Assembly (NCBI GenBank): GCA_964016885.1
Contig: OZ024743.1
Coordinates: 349,122,001-349,186,000, forward strand
DNA length: 64,000 nt
Direction: 5' to 3'
From: Eledone cirrhosa
Taxonomy: Eukaryota
In this document: piece by piece, positions 15,213 to 26,319 of the stretch
How positions within the stretch are numbered: the stretch's first letter is position 1
Layout of the letters: the number at the start of each line of letters is the position of its first letter
The notes under the pieces: generated by a model
What the model was told of the DNA's origin: nothing
Database searches by the model: none
What the model saw: the letters and a program-made list of their open reading frames with translations, nothing else
Program-made: the position numbers and the translations under genes

Positions 15213-15605
15213 AAATAATTGTTTCTACTTTTGGCACAAGGCCAGCAATTATCCCAGCGTAATACTGGTACTTTATTTTATCGACCCCGTAAGGATGAAA
15301 GGCAAAGTTAACCTCGGCGGTATTTGAACTCAGACCATAAAGGGTCGTAACTCTTTGCTGCAAAGCATGGCGTCAGACCCTCTACCGATACTGCCAATCC
15401 ACCACTAGTAAGGAGAGGAAATAATTGTTTCTACTTTTGGCACAAGGCCAGCAATTATCCCAGTGTATTACTGGTACTTTATTTTATCGACCCCGTAAGG
15501 ATGAAAGGCAAAGTTAACCTCGGCGGGATTTGAACTCAGACCGTAAAGGGACGTAACTGTACTGCAAAGCATGGCGTCCGACCCTCTAACGATACTGCCA
15601 ATCCA
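15213..15605 (-). mobile_element. Two tandem tRNA-derived SINE copies (period 206 bp)
   Basis: Minus strand shows A-box TGGCAGTATCGG, B-box GAGTTCAAAT.CC and central core GCCTTTCATCCTTACGGGGTCGATAAAATAAAGTACCAG (resembles the Meta-domain of MetaSINEs as I recall it). Confidence 0.88.
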
Positions 15606-16535
15606 AGGAAATAATGTTAATGCAACAGATGAAAGTCTCGACGGCGGGTAAGGGAAACTTACTATTAAGGCTCACCTTTGAAAAAATTATGTTACCATAA
15701 CTGATATCCTCTACGTGTGTGATTGTGTGTGTGTGTGTGGTGTGTGTGGGGTGGTTTATATTTGGCCGATAAAAATATGTGAAGATATGCTGCACAACTT
15801 CCACAAATTGCGAAAATTATGTGCCATATCACATTCATTTACGTGCCATTTTACACATGGTTAAATATTGAATGATACATCGGATAGTTAAACACAACAA
15901 TTCTCACGCGGGGGCATCTTGCTATGAGGTGAGTAATTTTAGCCAAGTGGGGGGACGAATCCAAACCGAGATAAAATATTGTACATCATGTATATCTCAA
16001 ATTATATACCAATATACCCAACTATTACGGTAATTATAAATTAACAGTTCACAAAAAAATGTTGCTTCAGAATAAATCCCATTTGGAACTAAACAGCAAT
16101 TCAGGTTAATAGAAGTTACTCCTGTTAATATAGTAATCAGATATAATAACAAAATTAATATATGACATGATACATAGGATTGCATGGAGGTGAATGTTGC
16201 CTGGGTTCTGAGAAACACTGATTTAGTCCATGATCAATAAAGAGAAGAGTGCGTCAAGGCTGTAACGCCTATTTTTAAAGTTTGCTTGATGCGAGCCTAA
16301 CTGAGACAGCAACAGAAACAATAGCGGTTTCAGCATCAGTAAGATCTTAACATATAATAATCATATAAGCAACCTAAACGGCAAACAATGAAAGAAGAAA
16401 TACTTTGAAACTTTGCATCTCCCATTGACGTAAAACGCAAAATCCTATACAATAAAAAAAAAGTACTCACGCGGATAATCATACCACACGTATACACCCA
16501 GCCTCGCCCCCACACATACACACATAAACATACAA

Positions 16536-16568
<33 letters not shown>

Positions 16569-16598
16569 CATATATATATGTGTGTCTGTTTTTGTATT

Positions 16599-16739
<141 letters not shown>

Positions 16740-17213
16740 ATATGTGTGTGTGTGTGTATACATATATGAAATCTGGTTCACTGGTTTCCAATGCAATAAA
16801 TTTGCTTCCACAATCATCACTATAGCTAATATGTGATGGGCGGGAAATTGTCCTACATACTTTATAATCAACAATTGGCACTAACTTAGCATTATGAAAA
16901 GAGTATTCATGCTGAGGGAGGAGACTTCTCGTATTATCTTTATTCTTCTTTATATCTCATTTGGTTTTTCGAGAAAAAAAAAAAAAAATTATTACACCCT
17001 TTATCTATCTATTTCTTCTGATTACATTATGATAACATTTATTTTGTAGTTTCCAGGGTATGTCGAACAAACAGAAAACGACAGACGTGGAGACGAAAAA
17101 GGAACTAAATGTATGAAAAATAAATAAAAAATAAAAAATAATTATAATTAAACAAAAATGCAAATAAGACACAGGTAGGGAGACAGAGAGAGAGAGCGAG
17201 AGAGAATAAAGGA

Positions 17214-17248
<35 letters not shown>

Positions 17249-17294
17249 TATGGAATACTGTTGACTTCTTGCGACAATGTTTTCTATACCTTTC

Positions 17295-17372
<78 letters not shown>

Positions 17373-17376
17373 GTAT

Positions 17377-17479
<103 letters not shown>

Positions 17480-18989
17480 TATATACATATATATATATAT
17501 ATGTATATACAGTAAGAGTGAGAAAGAAGGAGAGAGGGGAGAGACAGATGGAGAGAGGCAGGAGAGATAAAGACACAATTGAGCAATACCCATTGCTGCT
17601 ATTTTATGAAATAACAAGTGAATAACAAATGATTTTGTGCAGTAGATTGTTGCATCGGTGAGTGGGTGTGGTTAATAAATGAATGCAATACAAAAATTTA
17701 ATAGAAGGTACGAAATAGAGAAAACACAAGACTAGACCTCGATAAAAAAGCAAAAGAAGAGAAAGACGAGAGAAAAATTTCAAATAATAACGAACTGTAG
17801 ACACTGCAATGAGTGAACACATACGAGAAAGGAAAGAAAAAAGAGATTCAACATAAAATATATATACAAAATAAAAGCGTGTTTCAAGTTTCAAAATACA
17901 AACAAAGCAATAATGAAGGAGAGAAAATAATGATAAGAAAATAAAAATAAAAATGAAAAAATAAAATAGGAAGGGAAAAAAGAGAATGAAGAAATGTGAA
18001 AAAAAAAATTGAAAGAAATGGTGAATGTCTTTAATTTACAAACAAAATAGCATCAGAAAACAATTTTCTCACGGCAGTAATTTCTATAGAACAGAACGTA
18101 AAAATTACTAGAAGACATATCTCCGAGCAGCAGTCCCTTCCTCTGTAACGAGAAGCAAGTAAATAAGGTAGCGGGTAGTAAAGGGGTGGACAAAAAATTC
18201 AGAAAAGCGGTGGGCTGCTTTTAGGGTCGAGTAACAGGTAGAAATGTAGGGTGTCGTTTTGTAATAGGTTCAGTTGTTAACATTTTTTTTTTCTTCAATC
18301 GCTAAATAATGAAATGTTGCTTTATTGTACTGACAATTAGGTTTGTTATAGGGAAATTTTGAAAAAGAAAATATATGTCTATGCAGGTGTGTGTGTGTGT
18401 GTGTTTAGTGTGTAGGATTTCTGTAGTATAGATAAAACAGAAATAGCGTTCTGTGTTATGTACAGAGACTAATGTTATTATAAATAATTTCACAGCTGAG
18501 TTGGATGCTACATAAGGTTTCAAAGCCTTCCCTAGCTTAGGTCAAGGAGACAGTAAACATGACTTAGGACAGAGTAGTCTTTTAAACGGTAACTACCAAC
18601 CAACTGTGTTAAGATTATATATATATATCTAATATATTATATATTCTTTATGAATTCGGAAGTGTTGATTCAGCTCTGCCATTATATACTCATCAAAGGT
18701 CAGTTAATGAAATAAAACCAGCAGCAGAGTATGGTTACAACCCCCTTCTCAAACACCCTTACCTTACAACCTCACCATTTTCTGAGTGTATATATATGTG
18801 TGTGTGTGTGTGTTTGTGTGTGTGTGGGTGTGTGTGTGTGTGTATGTGTGTACGTGTGTGTGTGTGTGTGTGTGTATGTATGCTTTAATTCCTCCGGACT
18901 TTCATCATCATCAACACTCATTAACACCATACCCACACCCAAGACACATCCAAATCTCTCCTATATATAGCCACACCTTTCAATACAAC

Positions 18990-19480
18990 CTGATCTCAGT
19001 TTGACAATTGCTACAGACAGACGAATACGAGAAAGTTCTCCAACCCAAGTTAACCAGGAATCTTTAAAATTCTTCCCACCGTAGTTAACAAAGAACTTAT
19101 TGGATCTAACAACTCATAATATTATAATATTATAAAATTAAATCAAAATTGTTTTAACATTACAATTGAAGTCATTCTTTTCCTTTTTTTCAAATATATA
19201 TATATATATATAATATATATATAAATGAAAAGTATAGAAATTGTTGTAGCGAGAAGCTAACAGTATTCCATAACATATATGTGAGTATAGCGTCAAAATA
19301 GGAAAATAGTTAACATAAGATATAGGAAAAATAATTCAGACTCAATTCAAAAGGAATCAGGATATAGATTTATCCAACAGAATTTAGAGAAATCCAGGGA
19401 AAACCAAAAGAGCCTTAACTCATGATAAAACAAAGTCTAAAGTACTCAACCTTCAATTTGGGACAACTTCAAATGCTCTT
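18990..19480 (-). pseudogene. Very old CR1/Crack-like LINE 3' remnant
   Basis: Minus strand around 19250-19300 gives LYSHICYGILL, resembling the LYYSLIHSHLSYGILLW motif. Otherwise heavily decayed. Confidence 0.35.
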
Positions 19481-19745
19481 GAAAAGACTATTTCACGAAA
19501 ACTTTCAGTGGGGATGGTCACGGTTGGATTTCGTTCATCAGCAGAGCTCAACATGGTAACCAAGGTCTCACTGGTAATATGCCAAAAAGGGAATTTAGAA
19601 GCAGGCTAGTTTAACATCATGCGTGGTTATTAAAATAAACGCACATGTGGAAAAACAGGACTGGTGACGTTAGAATGCGACACATGTTTGTTTACATGAA
19701 ACAACTGTCAAAAACATTCCGAAAGAAAACTCTACAAAAGGAGTT

Positions 19746-19841
<96 letters not shown>

Positions 19842-20171
19842 GCGAAGGGTCCGTGCATGCGTTATAGAATCTTGAGTTGATCAATTGAGTCGGTTGAATC
19901 AAGCAGAATTTTGGCTATAGACACATAAAAAGTAAGACACACACACATACACAAACACGCAACAGCTTTGGGGCAAGCAGAATTTTGACTGCTTACTAAA
20001 TCGTAGAGACATAAAAAGATAACACCCACACACTAAACACGGCATTGACCGGGAGGCTCATTTAGAGCGAATTGGGGAAGGGGGTGTTAAGGCTGCACAG
20101 CCCCACTTTACGCCATGGCGATTGGACTGCATGCCCTGCTTTCCAGGTTACCCTTCGCCACAGATATATAA

Positions 20172-20198
<27 letters not shown>

Positions 20199-20202
<4 letters not shown>

Positions 20203-20740
20203 GCGTGTCAATAAAGTCTTTAGAATAGTAGACTGTGTGCCGTATATATCAGTAAATATACTTAATATCAGCTGGAATTTGAACTTTGTTGTACGTGTGT
20301 GATATTCTGTACGAATGCTGTCTTTTGTCACAGACCTATGCATAATTATTCTGCTGTCATTTTTGGCAGTTTATAATACCCGCTTCGAACTGCTCAGTTC
20401 ACGAAATATATTTTCCAGGGCAGAAGAGTGGCATTCAGACAATTCCTCTATAGTCCCGACTTAAATTTGTGTGATCGTTTGTGTGAAAGTTATTACGCCA
20501 ACATCTTTGAAAATTTGTGTTCGCTTCTTTAGAATAGGTAATAGACGAATCGTTGCGCTGTTTACAACAATTCCCGAAGGAACGGTTCCAGAAAGAGTTC
20601 AATGCTTTGCATAAGCACTGTAAAGATTCTATTGGATACAAAAGAGATTATATTTTGCAGAATAAATAAATTCTACTTTCAATATGTTGTGCATTTTCAC
20701 TTGAAGTGTTATTCTAAAGGCTTTATAACCACGCCAATTA
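20199..20740 (+). mobile_element. Mariner deletion derivative with transposase C-terminal remnant
   Basis: Imperfect TIRs (gcgtg..ataaag.ctttagaata at both ends). Internal frames give LYSPDLNLCDR and [35 protein letters not shown], mariner C-terminal motifs. Confidence 0.7.
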
Positions 20741-20747
20741 TATATGA

Positions 20748-20927
<180 letters not shown>

Positions 20928-21029
20928 TTAGTTTAGCGAGGTTTTTTATATGAAATCGTGTGTCGAAACAAATATTGTTATACTTGGGGAGGGTCATATT
21001 TGTGTAATATTGCCAGAATTAATAACAGA

Positions 21030-21773
21030 ACACACTCACTGTTTGGTTGGTTTTCGCTTCTCGCTGTCTTTTATATCTGCGATCTAACTTAATCGGTCCT
21101 CAATGTTGCCATTGACTGACCGACGGTCAAAAATAATACAGATACAATATAGACACAAACACATATATATAGTTTACATAATTTACATAAATCTTTCGTT
21201 GCACATCTGCAACATCGTCAGTGGTGTTATATTCATTGTTCCTCCTGTTGTGTTGTATGTCTACGCCATTTTTTTTTGTTCAGTCTGTCTATATATTTAT
21301 TTATTTATTTGCTTGTTTGTTTATCTTATTTTATTTTGTCTTCTTTGCGCATGCGTTTGCGTGTGTGTATAGTGTTACGTTTGCTGTGTGACTAGTGTGT
21401 ATAGTGTTGTGTCTGCTGGGTGACTAGTGTGTGTTTATGTGCTTGTTGTTATTGTGCTTGTGTATGTATTTATTTATCTTATTTTATTTTATTTTATTTA
21501 CTTATTTATACTTCTCTTAAGTCAGTGTTGTTTGTTTGGGTGTTGTTGTTGTTCCACTCATTCTTTCTGTTGTAGCTTTGGTCTTCTAATTTCTATTTCA
21601 CTGGCCTCTCTGATTTGCCTATCTGCTGGGTCATTCCTATGTTTAGATATTATTCTAATTTCTATGTTGTCTATGTTACCGTCATGTTGTTGTCTAGCAT
21701 GTTCGTATAGTACTGACCCGTGTTTTCGTCCTTTTAGTTCCCCCCAGTGTTGGTCTATCCTTTCACCTATGCT
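21030..21773 (-). mobile_element. 5'-truncated PLE 3' end: GIY-YIG C-terminal half plus 3' UTR with hammerhead-like motif
   Basis: Manual translation from 21773 downward: SIGERIDQHWGELKGRKHGSVLYEHARQQHDGNIDNIEIRIISKHRNDPADRQIREASEIEIRRPKL/NRKNEW (R..H, H...H, RQI.EA, N.K.EW motifs). Not in the ORF track. HHR-like CTGACGA-t-GTTGCA gatg TGCAAC-GAAA at ~21185-21227. Left boundary approximate. Confidence 0.75.
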
Positions 21774-22698
21774 ACAAGACTTGTTTCGCTTTGGTTGAAG
21801 CTCATCGAGGCCAACTACCCCACCTGTTTGCTGAGATCATTAATGTTATATTCTTATAGAAATCTAGTAAATAATCAGGAAACAGGTGGGCTAGTTGGCC
21901 TTGATAAGCTTCAACCAAAGCGAAACAAGTCTTGTCGGCTTATCTCCCCTGTTTGCTGAGATCAAAGTTAGTGAATTTGTTACTACTTTAAAACAATAGC
22001 TTACGGTCTTCAATATGCTTTTAATTAAGCATAAAGTGTATTGCAAAATACATTATATATACATCCATATATATATTGCTATTTTAGAGCTCCAATTCAA
22101 ATTTTTAATTTCTGTCTGACCAACAACCGCTCTGCATAATCAGCTCCTGATTATTTACTAGATTTTTATAAGAATATAACATCAATGATCTCAGCAAACA
22201 GGTGGGGTAGTTGGCCTTGATAAGCTTCAACCAAAGCGAAACAAGTCTTGTCGGCTTATCTCCCCTGTTTGCTGAGATCAAAGTGAGTGAATTTGTCACT
22301 ACTTTAAAACAATAGCTTACGGTCTTCAAAATGCTTTTAATTAAGCATAAAGTGTATTGCAAAATACATTATATATACATCCATATATATATTGCTATTT
22401 CAGAGCTCCAATTCTAATTTTTAATTTCTGCCTGACCAACAACCGCTCTGCATAATCAGCTCCTGATTATTTACTAGATTTCTATAAGAATATAACATCA
22501 ATGATCTCGGTAGATAGGAGGGGTAGTTGGCCTTGATAAGCTTCAACCAAAGCGAAACAAGACTTGTCGGCTTATCTCCCCTGTTTGCTGAGATCAAAGT
22601 AAGTGAATTTGTCACTTCTTTAAAACAATAGCTTACGGTCTTCAAAATGCGTTTAATTAAGCATAAAGTGTATTGCAAAATACATTATATATACATCC

Positions 22699-22705
<7 letters not shown>
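21774..22705 (+). repeat. 316-bp tandem array (~2.6 units, 21880-22705) preceded by an inverted partial unit (21774-21880); retrozyme-like or tandem pLTRs
   Basis: Core TTGATAA at 21901, 22217 and 22533 (exact 316-bp period). Duplicated spurious ORFs start 316 bp apart (22105 and 22421). Confidence 0.92.
22186..22280 (+). ncRNA. Type I hammerhead ribozyme with U3-A8 core and extended stem I (also at ~21880-21964 and 22502-22596)
   Basis: TGATCTCAGCAAACAGG...GGCC TTGATAA GCTT caacca AAGC GAAA CAAGTCTTG TC|GGCT...CCTGTTTGCTGAGATCA. 17-bp distal helix, 4-bp stem II, GUC site. Predicted cleavage after 21936, 22252 and 22568. Confidence 0.8.
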
Positions 22706-22766
<61 letters not shown>

Positions 22767-22863
22767 TTGAGGTTGGTAATGGCACATGGAATATATAAGA
22801 GACAGAATACTTTTTTGTGAAAAAACATAATTTTATAAGGTAAGGAAATAATAAAGGGTATAA

Positions 22864-22911
22864 AAAATGACCGGTTTCGATGGATCTGCAAAAACCATCT
22901 TTTCAAATGTT
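22864..22911 (-). ncRNA. Minimal pLTR hammerhead with U3-A8 core (mirror copy at 28230-28277, + strand)
   Basis: AACAT TTGAAAA GATGG-n11-CCATC GAAA CCGG TC|ATTTT. 5-bp stem II, palindromic ACCGGT stem III, GUC site; stem I weak (one mismatch). Confidence 0.65.
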
Positions 22912-23343
22912 GATTAATATTAAGAAAAATTAATAATACGAAGAGTTAAAATTTGAGACTTGAAACTTCAAGTATAAAATTCATTGTGGGATTTCATAGC
23001 AGTTTTCATCTAGGTAGCAACAACAGGTTGACTGCTGTGTCCCTTTCTGGTAGTGAATGAGAAGTTATTTGGGGTGTGGGTTATTTTATAAAGGTCAGAT
23101 TTAGCAATCACCAACTGGCCAGCTGCTGGTCAGTGAGGGGGTGGAAGCAATATACACACACATATCTTCCTGTGATGGGTAGGAGAGTGGAGCGTGATAG
23201 AAAGGGATTTAGTGCACTTACACCTATATATACACACATACCTTCATCCACACATACATACATATACATATACATATACACACATACATACACACACACA
23301 TATACATATACATACACACATACACACACACATATATACACAT

Positions 23344-23394
<51 letters not shown>

Positions 23395-23445
23395 TATATA
23401 TACATACACATACATCCAGATACACACATACATACACACATACAT

Positions 23446-23519
<74 letters not shown>

Positions 23520-24125
23520 CCCCACACATACATACACACACACACACATATATATATACATACACACATACAAACATACACACACACACACATATATATA
23601 CACACATACACACACATATATATACACACACACACACACGCATATATATATATATATACACACATACGCATACATCCAGATACCCACATACATACACACA
23701 CACACACACACGCACACACAATACATACATCCACATGCACACACATACACACACACACACACACATATACACATACATACACCCACACACAGAGAAATGG
23801 CCTTCAAATATATATATATATATATATACATACAGACACATATTTTTTCCATAATATAAGAAGTTGGGGCAGTGAAATTAAAATACAAGTCATTCTGATC
23901 ACATTGAGTTCTTCATGTAGATTGGGCCCCGCAACCGACAGTGGTGAATTCTGTGTGCGCATATATATATAGATATATGTGTGTGCACGTGCAGGGTTTA
24001 ACATGGATGTGTTGGTCACACAAAGGCATGGTCTGTCAATGAATAAACCTGATTCTACAGAATTGGTCTCTGGTCTTTAATAGTAGTGATTCCGTGCGTA
24101 TGTGTGTTTATATTTTATGACAATT

Positions 24126-26273
24126 CTATTGGGGTGATAACCCGTTTAGTTTTGGTTTAAATTTGTTAAGGAATAGATTTTCTTTGTTTATTCTTTGTTG
24201 TTGTGTGAACGAATCTGAGCACTTGTAGAAGGGGAAGATTTTAAAGTTGGGTAGTGTCATTCCTGCGCAGTTCGCAATATGGCTGCTCAAGGGGATTTTT
24301 CTTGTGTTAGCGTCCCGGATTTGTTGGCGCTGGATGGTCATTATTTTGCGTAATGAGGTGCCCGTCTGTCCTATGTAGTTGTGTTTGCACCCACCGCAAG
24401 TTATTGCGTAAATCAAGTTCTCCGAGTTGCAGGTGAAATTGTTTTTTACTGTAAATGTTTGGCCATCTTTGAATGTAAATGTTTGTCCTTCAGTGAGGTA
24501 GAGGCACGTTCCACAGTTTGTTCTACCACATTTGGTAACTGTAGGGTTGAGGATTGGTTTGGGTATATTTGGTCCAGTGAGAATGCGTTTAAGTGATTTG
24601 GGTTGTCTTTTACTTTTAAGGATCTTGTGTGTTTCAAGAATAGACTTCATTTTTACATCTTTAAGTAGGATGGGGAGGTTTTTGTGTAGGTGATCAAACA
24701 TTTCGGTATTTCTGGGGTTGAAAGTGGATACATATGGCAGGGTGTTGAGTGTGGTTTTCTGTTTCGGATTGTTAAGTTGATGGGGATTTAGGTGTTTTGC
24801 CCTGTCTATTCCATTGTTGATTATTTCAAGTGGAAAGGCTCTTAAGATAAGGGTGTCTTTTAGTTCCTTTAGTCTTTGCTCCCGTTTAGGTGGATCTGAT
24901 ACTATGGTACATATACGTTTGGCAAAATTGTAAGGAATGTTAAGTTTTGTATGTTTTGGGTGACTTGATGTGAAAAAGAGGTATTGCTTGGAATCTGTGG
25001 GTTTATAGAATATATCTGTATCTAATTTCCCGTCTATTACAGAGATGAGAATATCCAAGAAGGCTAATTCCTTAGGATTGGATTCCATTGTGAATTGTAT
25101 GTTATTATCGATGTTGTTTATCATATTTTTAAACGTAGTAAGTGAGTTCATGTCTTCTTGCCATAGGATAAAGCAGTCGTCTAGATATCTTTTCCAATTG
25201 GCTTTGAGGTGTGTGTGGAAAGAGTCTCCAAATAAGAGAAGGGACTGACTGTATATTTGTTGTTCATGGAATCCCATGACTAGGTTGGCATATGTGGGTG
25301 CTACTTTCGTGCCCATTGCCGTACCTGATACTTGTCTGTATGTTGAACCATTGAATGTGAAGTAGTTATTTTGTAGGATAAAGCGGAGTCCGTCAGTGAT
25401 AAAATCTGTGTTGATGCGTGTCGGTATTTCTGATGGGTGTGTGTTAAGCCAGTATTGGACTGCTGTTATTCCATAGTTGTGAGGTATGTTTGTGTAGAGG
25501 TTTATTACGTCAAAGGAGACAAGAATTGTATTTGCACTTACTGTTTTAGGGAGGTGTTTCAGCATGTCAAGGTCATCTCGTATGTAGCTCTGTATATGTT
25601 GTAGAAAGGGTTTCAGTAGGATGTCCAGAAAGTTACTAAGTCTGTGGGTTTCACATGTAGGGCCTGCTATAATTGGCCTGAGTTTTAGGTCTTCTGGTGG
25701 TGTTAGTTCAATGTAATTGTTGGTTGAGGTGTCACATGCATCGTTTATGGGTTTACATTTGTGAAGTTTCGGTAAGCCGTAAAAAGAGCTTGTATTGCAT
25801 TTGAAGTGGCTTATATAGTTAAACTCTTTTGTGGTTAAGCTGTTGCGGTATTTATTCAGTAAGGTCAAAAGGTTCCCCATTGTTTTGGTGTGTTTGTAGT
25901 TTTCTGTTTTTTCATAGTATGTGTTGTTTTCTAAAATGTTAAGTGCGAGGGTCCTATAGTAGTCCGTATTCATAATGACAACAGTACTGCCTTTATCGGC
26001 TTCTTTGATAGTTATCTCAGGGTTGTTTCTAAGTGTGAATAATTCTTCCCATTCGTGTGTAGATAGGTTTGATTTCGTGTGTTTATTTGTAATTTTTTCA
26101 TAGAGAAAGTTGGTGATGTGTTCGCAGTACGTGTCCAGTGCTTTATTTCTTCCCTTTTGTGGGCAGAAATTGCTTTTATTTCTAACCAGTGATTCGTCTT
26201 CAGTGTTGGTGTCGTTGTGGAAGAATTCCGTTAGTCGCAGCTTTCGGCAGTATTCCATGATGTCATCCTTCAT
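24126..26273 (-). CDS. PLE reverse transcriptase + GIY-YIG endonuclease (715 aa; frame is open upstream to ~26390)
   Basis: IKEADKGSTVVIMN, FYGLPKLHK, LRPIIAG, SFDVINLYTNIP, GTAMGTKVAPTYANL, WKRYLDD, YKPTD, C-x4-C-x2-C, NLIYAITCGGC..YIGQTG. The upstream extension reads KIINLSKTPLT..ILSKGLKFTPTP. Confidence 0.95.
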   Translation of the reverse strand: MKDDIMEYCRKLRLTEFFHNDTNTEDESLVRNKSNFCPQKGRNKALDTYCEHITNFLYEKITNKHTKSNLSTHEWEELFTLRNNPEITIKEADKGSTVVIMNTDYYRTLALNILENNTYYEKTENYKHTKTMGNLLTLLNKYRNSLTTKEFNYISHFKCNTSSFYGLPKLHKCKPINDACDTSTNNYIELTPPEDLKLRPIIAGPTCETHRLSNFLDILLKPFLQHIQSYIRDDLDMLKHLPKTVSANTILVSFDVINLYTNIPHNYGITAVQYWLNTHPSEIPTRINTDFITDGLRFILQNNYFTFNGSTYRQVSGTAMGTKVAPTYANLVMGFHEQQIYSQSLLLFGDSFHTHLKANWKRYLDDCFILWQEDMNSLTTFKNMINNIDNNIQFTMESNPKELAFLDILISVIDGKLDTDIFYKPTDSKQYLFFTSSHPKHTKLNIPYNFAKRICTIVSDPPKREQRLKELKDTLILRAFPLEIINNGIDRAKHLNPHQLNNPKQKTTLNTLPYVSTFNPRNTEMFDHLHKNLPILLKDVKMKSILETHKILKSKRQPKSLKRILTGPNIPKPILNPTVTKCGRTNCGTCLYLTEGQTFTFKDGQTFTVKNNFTCNSENLIYAITCGGCKHNYIGQTGTSLRKIMTIQRQQIRDANTRKIPLSSHIANCAGMTLPNFKIFPFYKCSDSFTQQQRINKENLFLNKFKPKLNGLSPQ

Positions 26274-26319
26274 TTCGGGGAAGTTTGGTTTACGTGGTGT
26301 AGGTGTAAATTTCAGGCCC

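Noticed and set aside
15213-15605. tRNA genes
   Set aside because: The A/B boxes belong to SINE heads; there is no complete cloverleaf and they continue into the SINE core and tail.
22105-22678. Two near-identical 85-aa ORFs in the 316-bp array
   Set aside because: Antisense to the ribozyme, non-ATG starts, no recognisable motif; a by-product of tandem duplication.
21774-22705. CRISPR-like or tRNA array
   Set aside because: Whole units are repeated with no unique spacers, there is no cloverleaf, and the context is eukaryotic.
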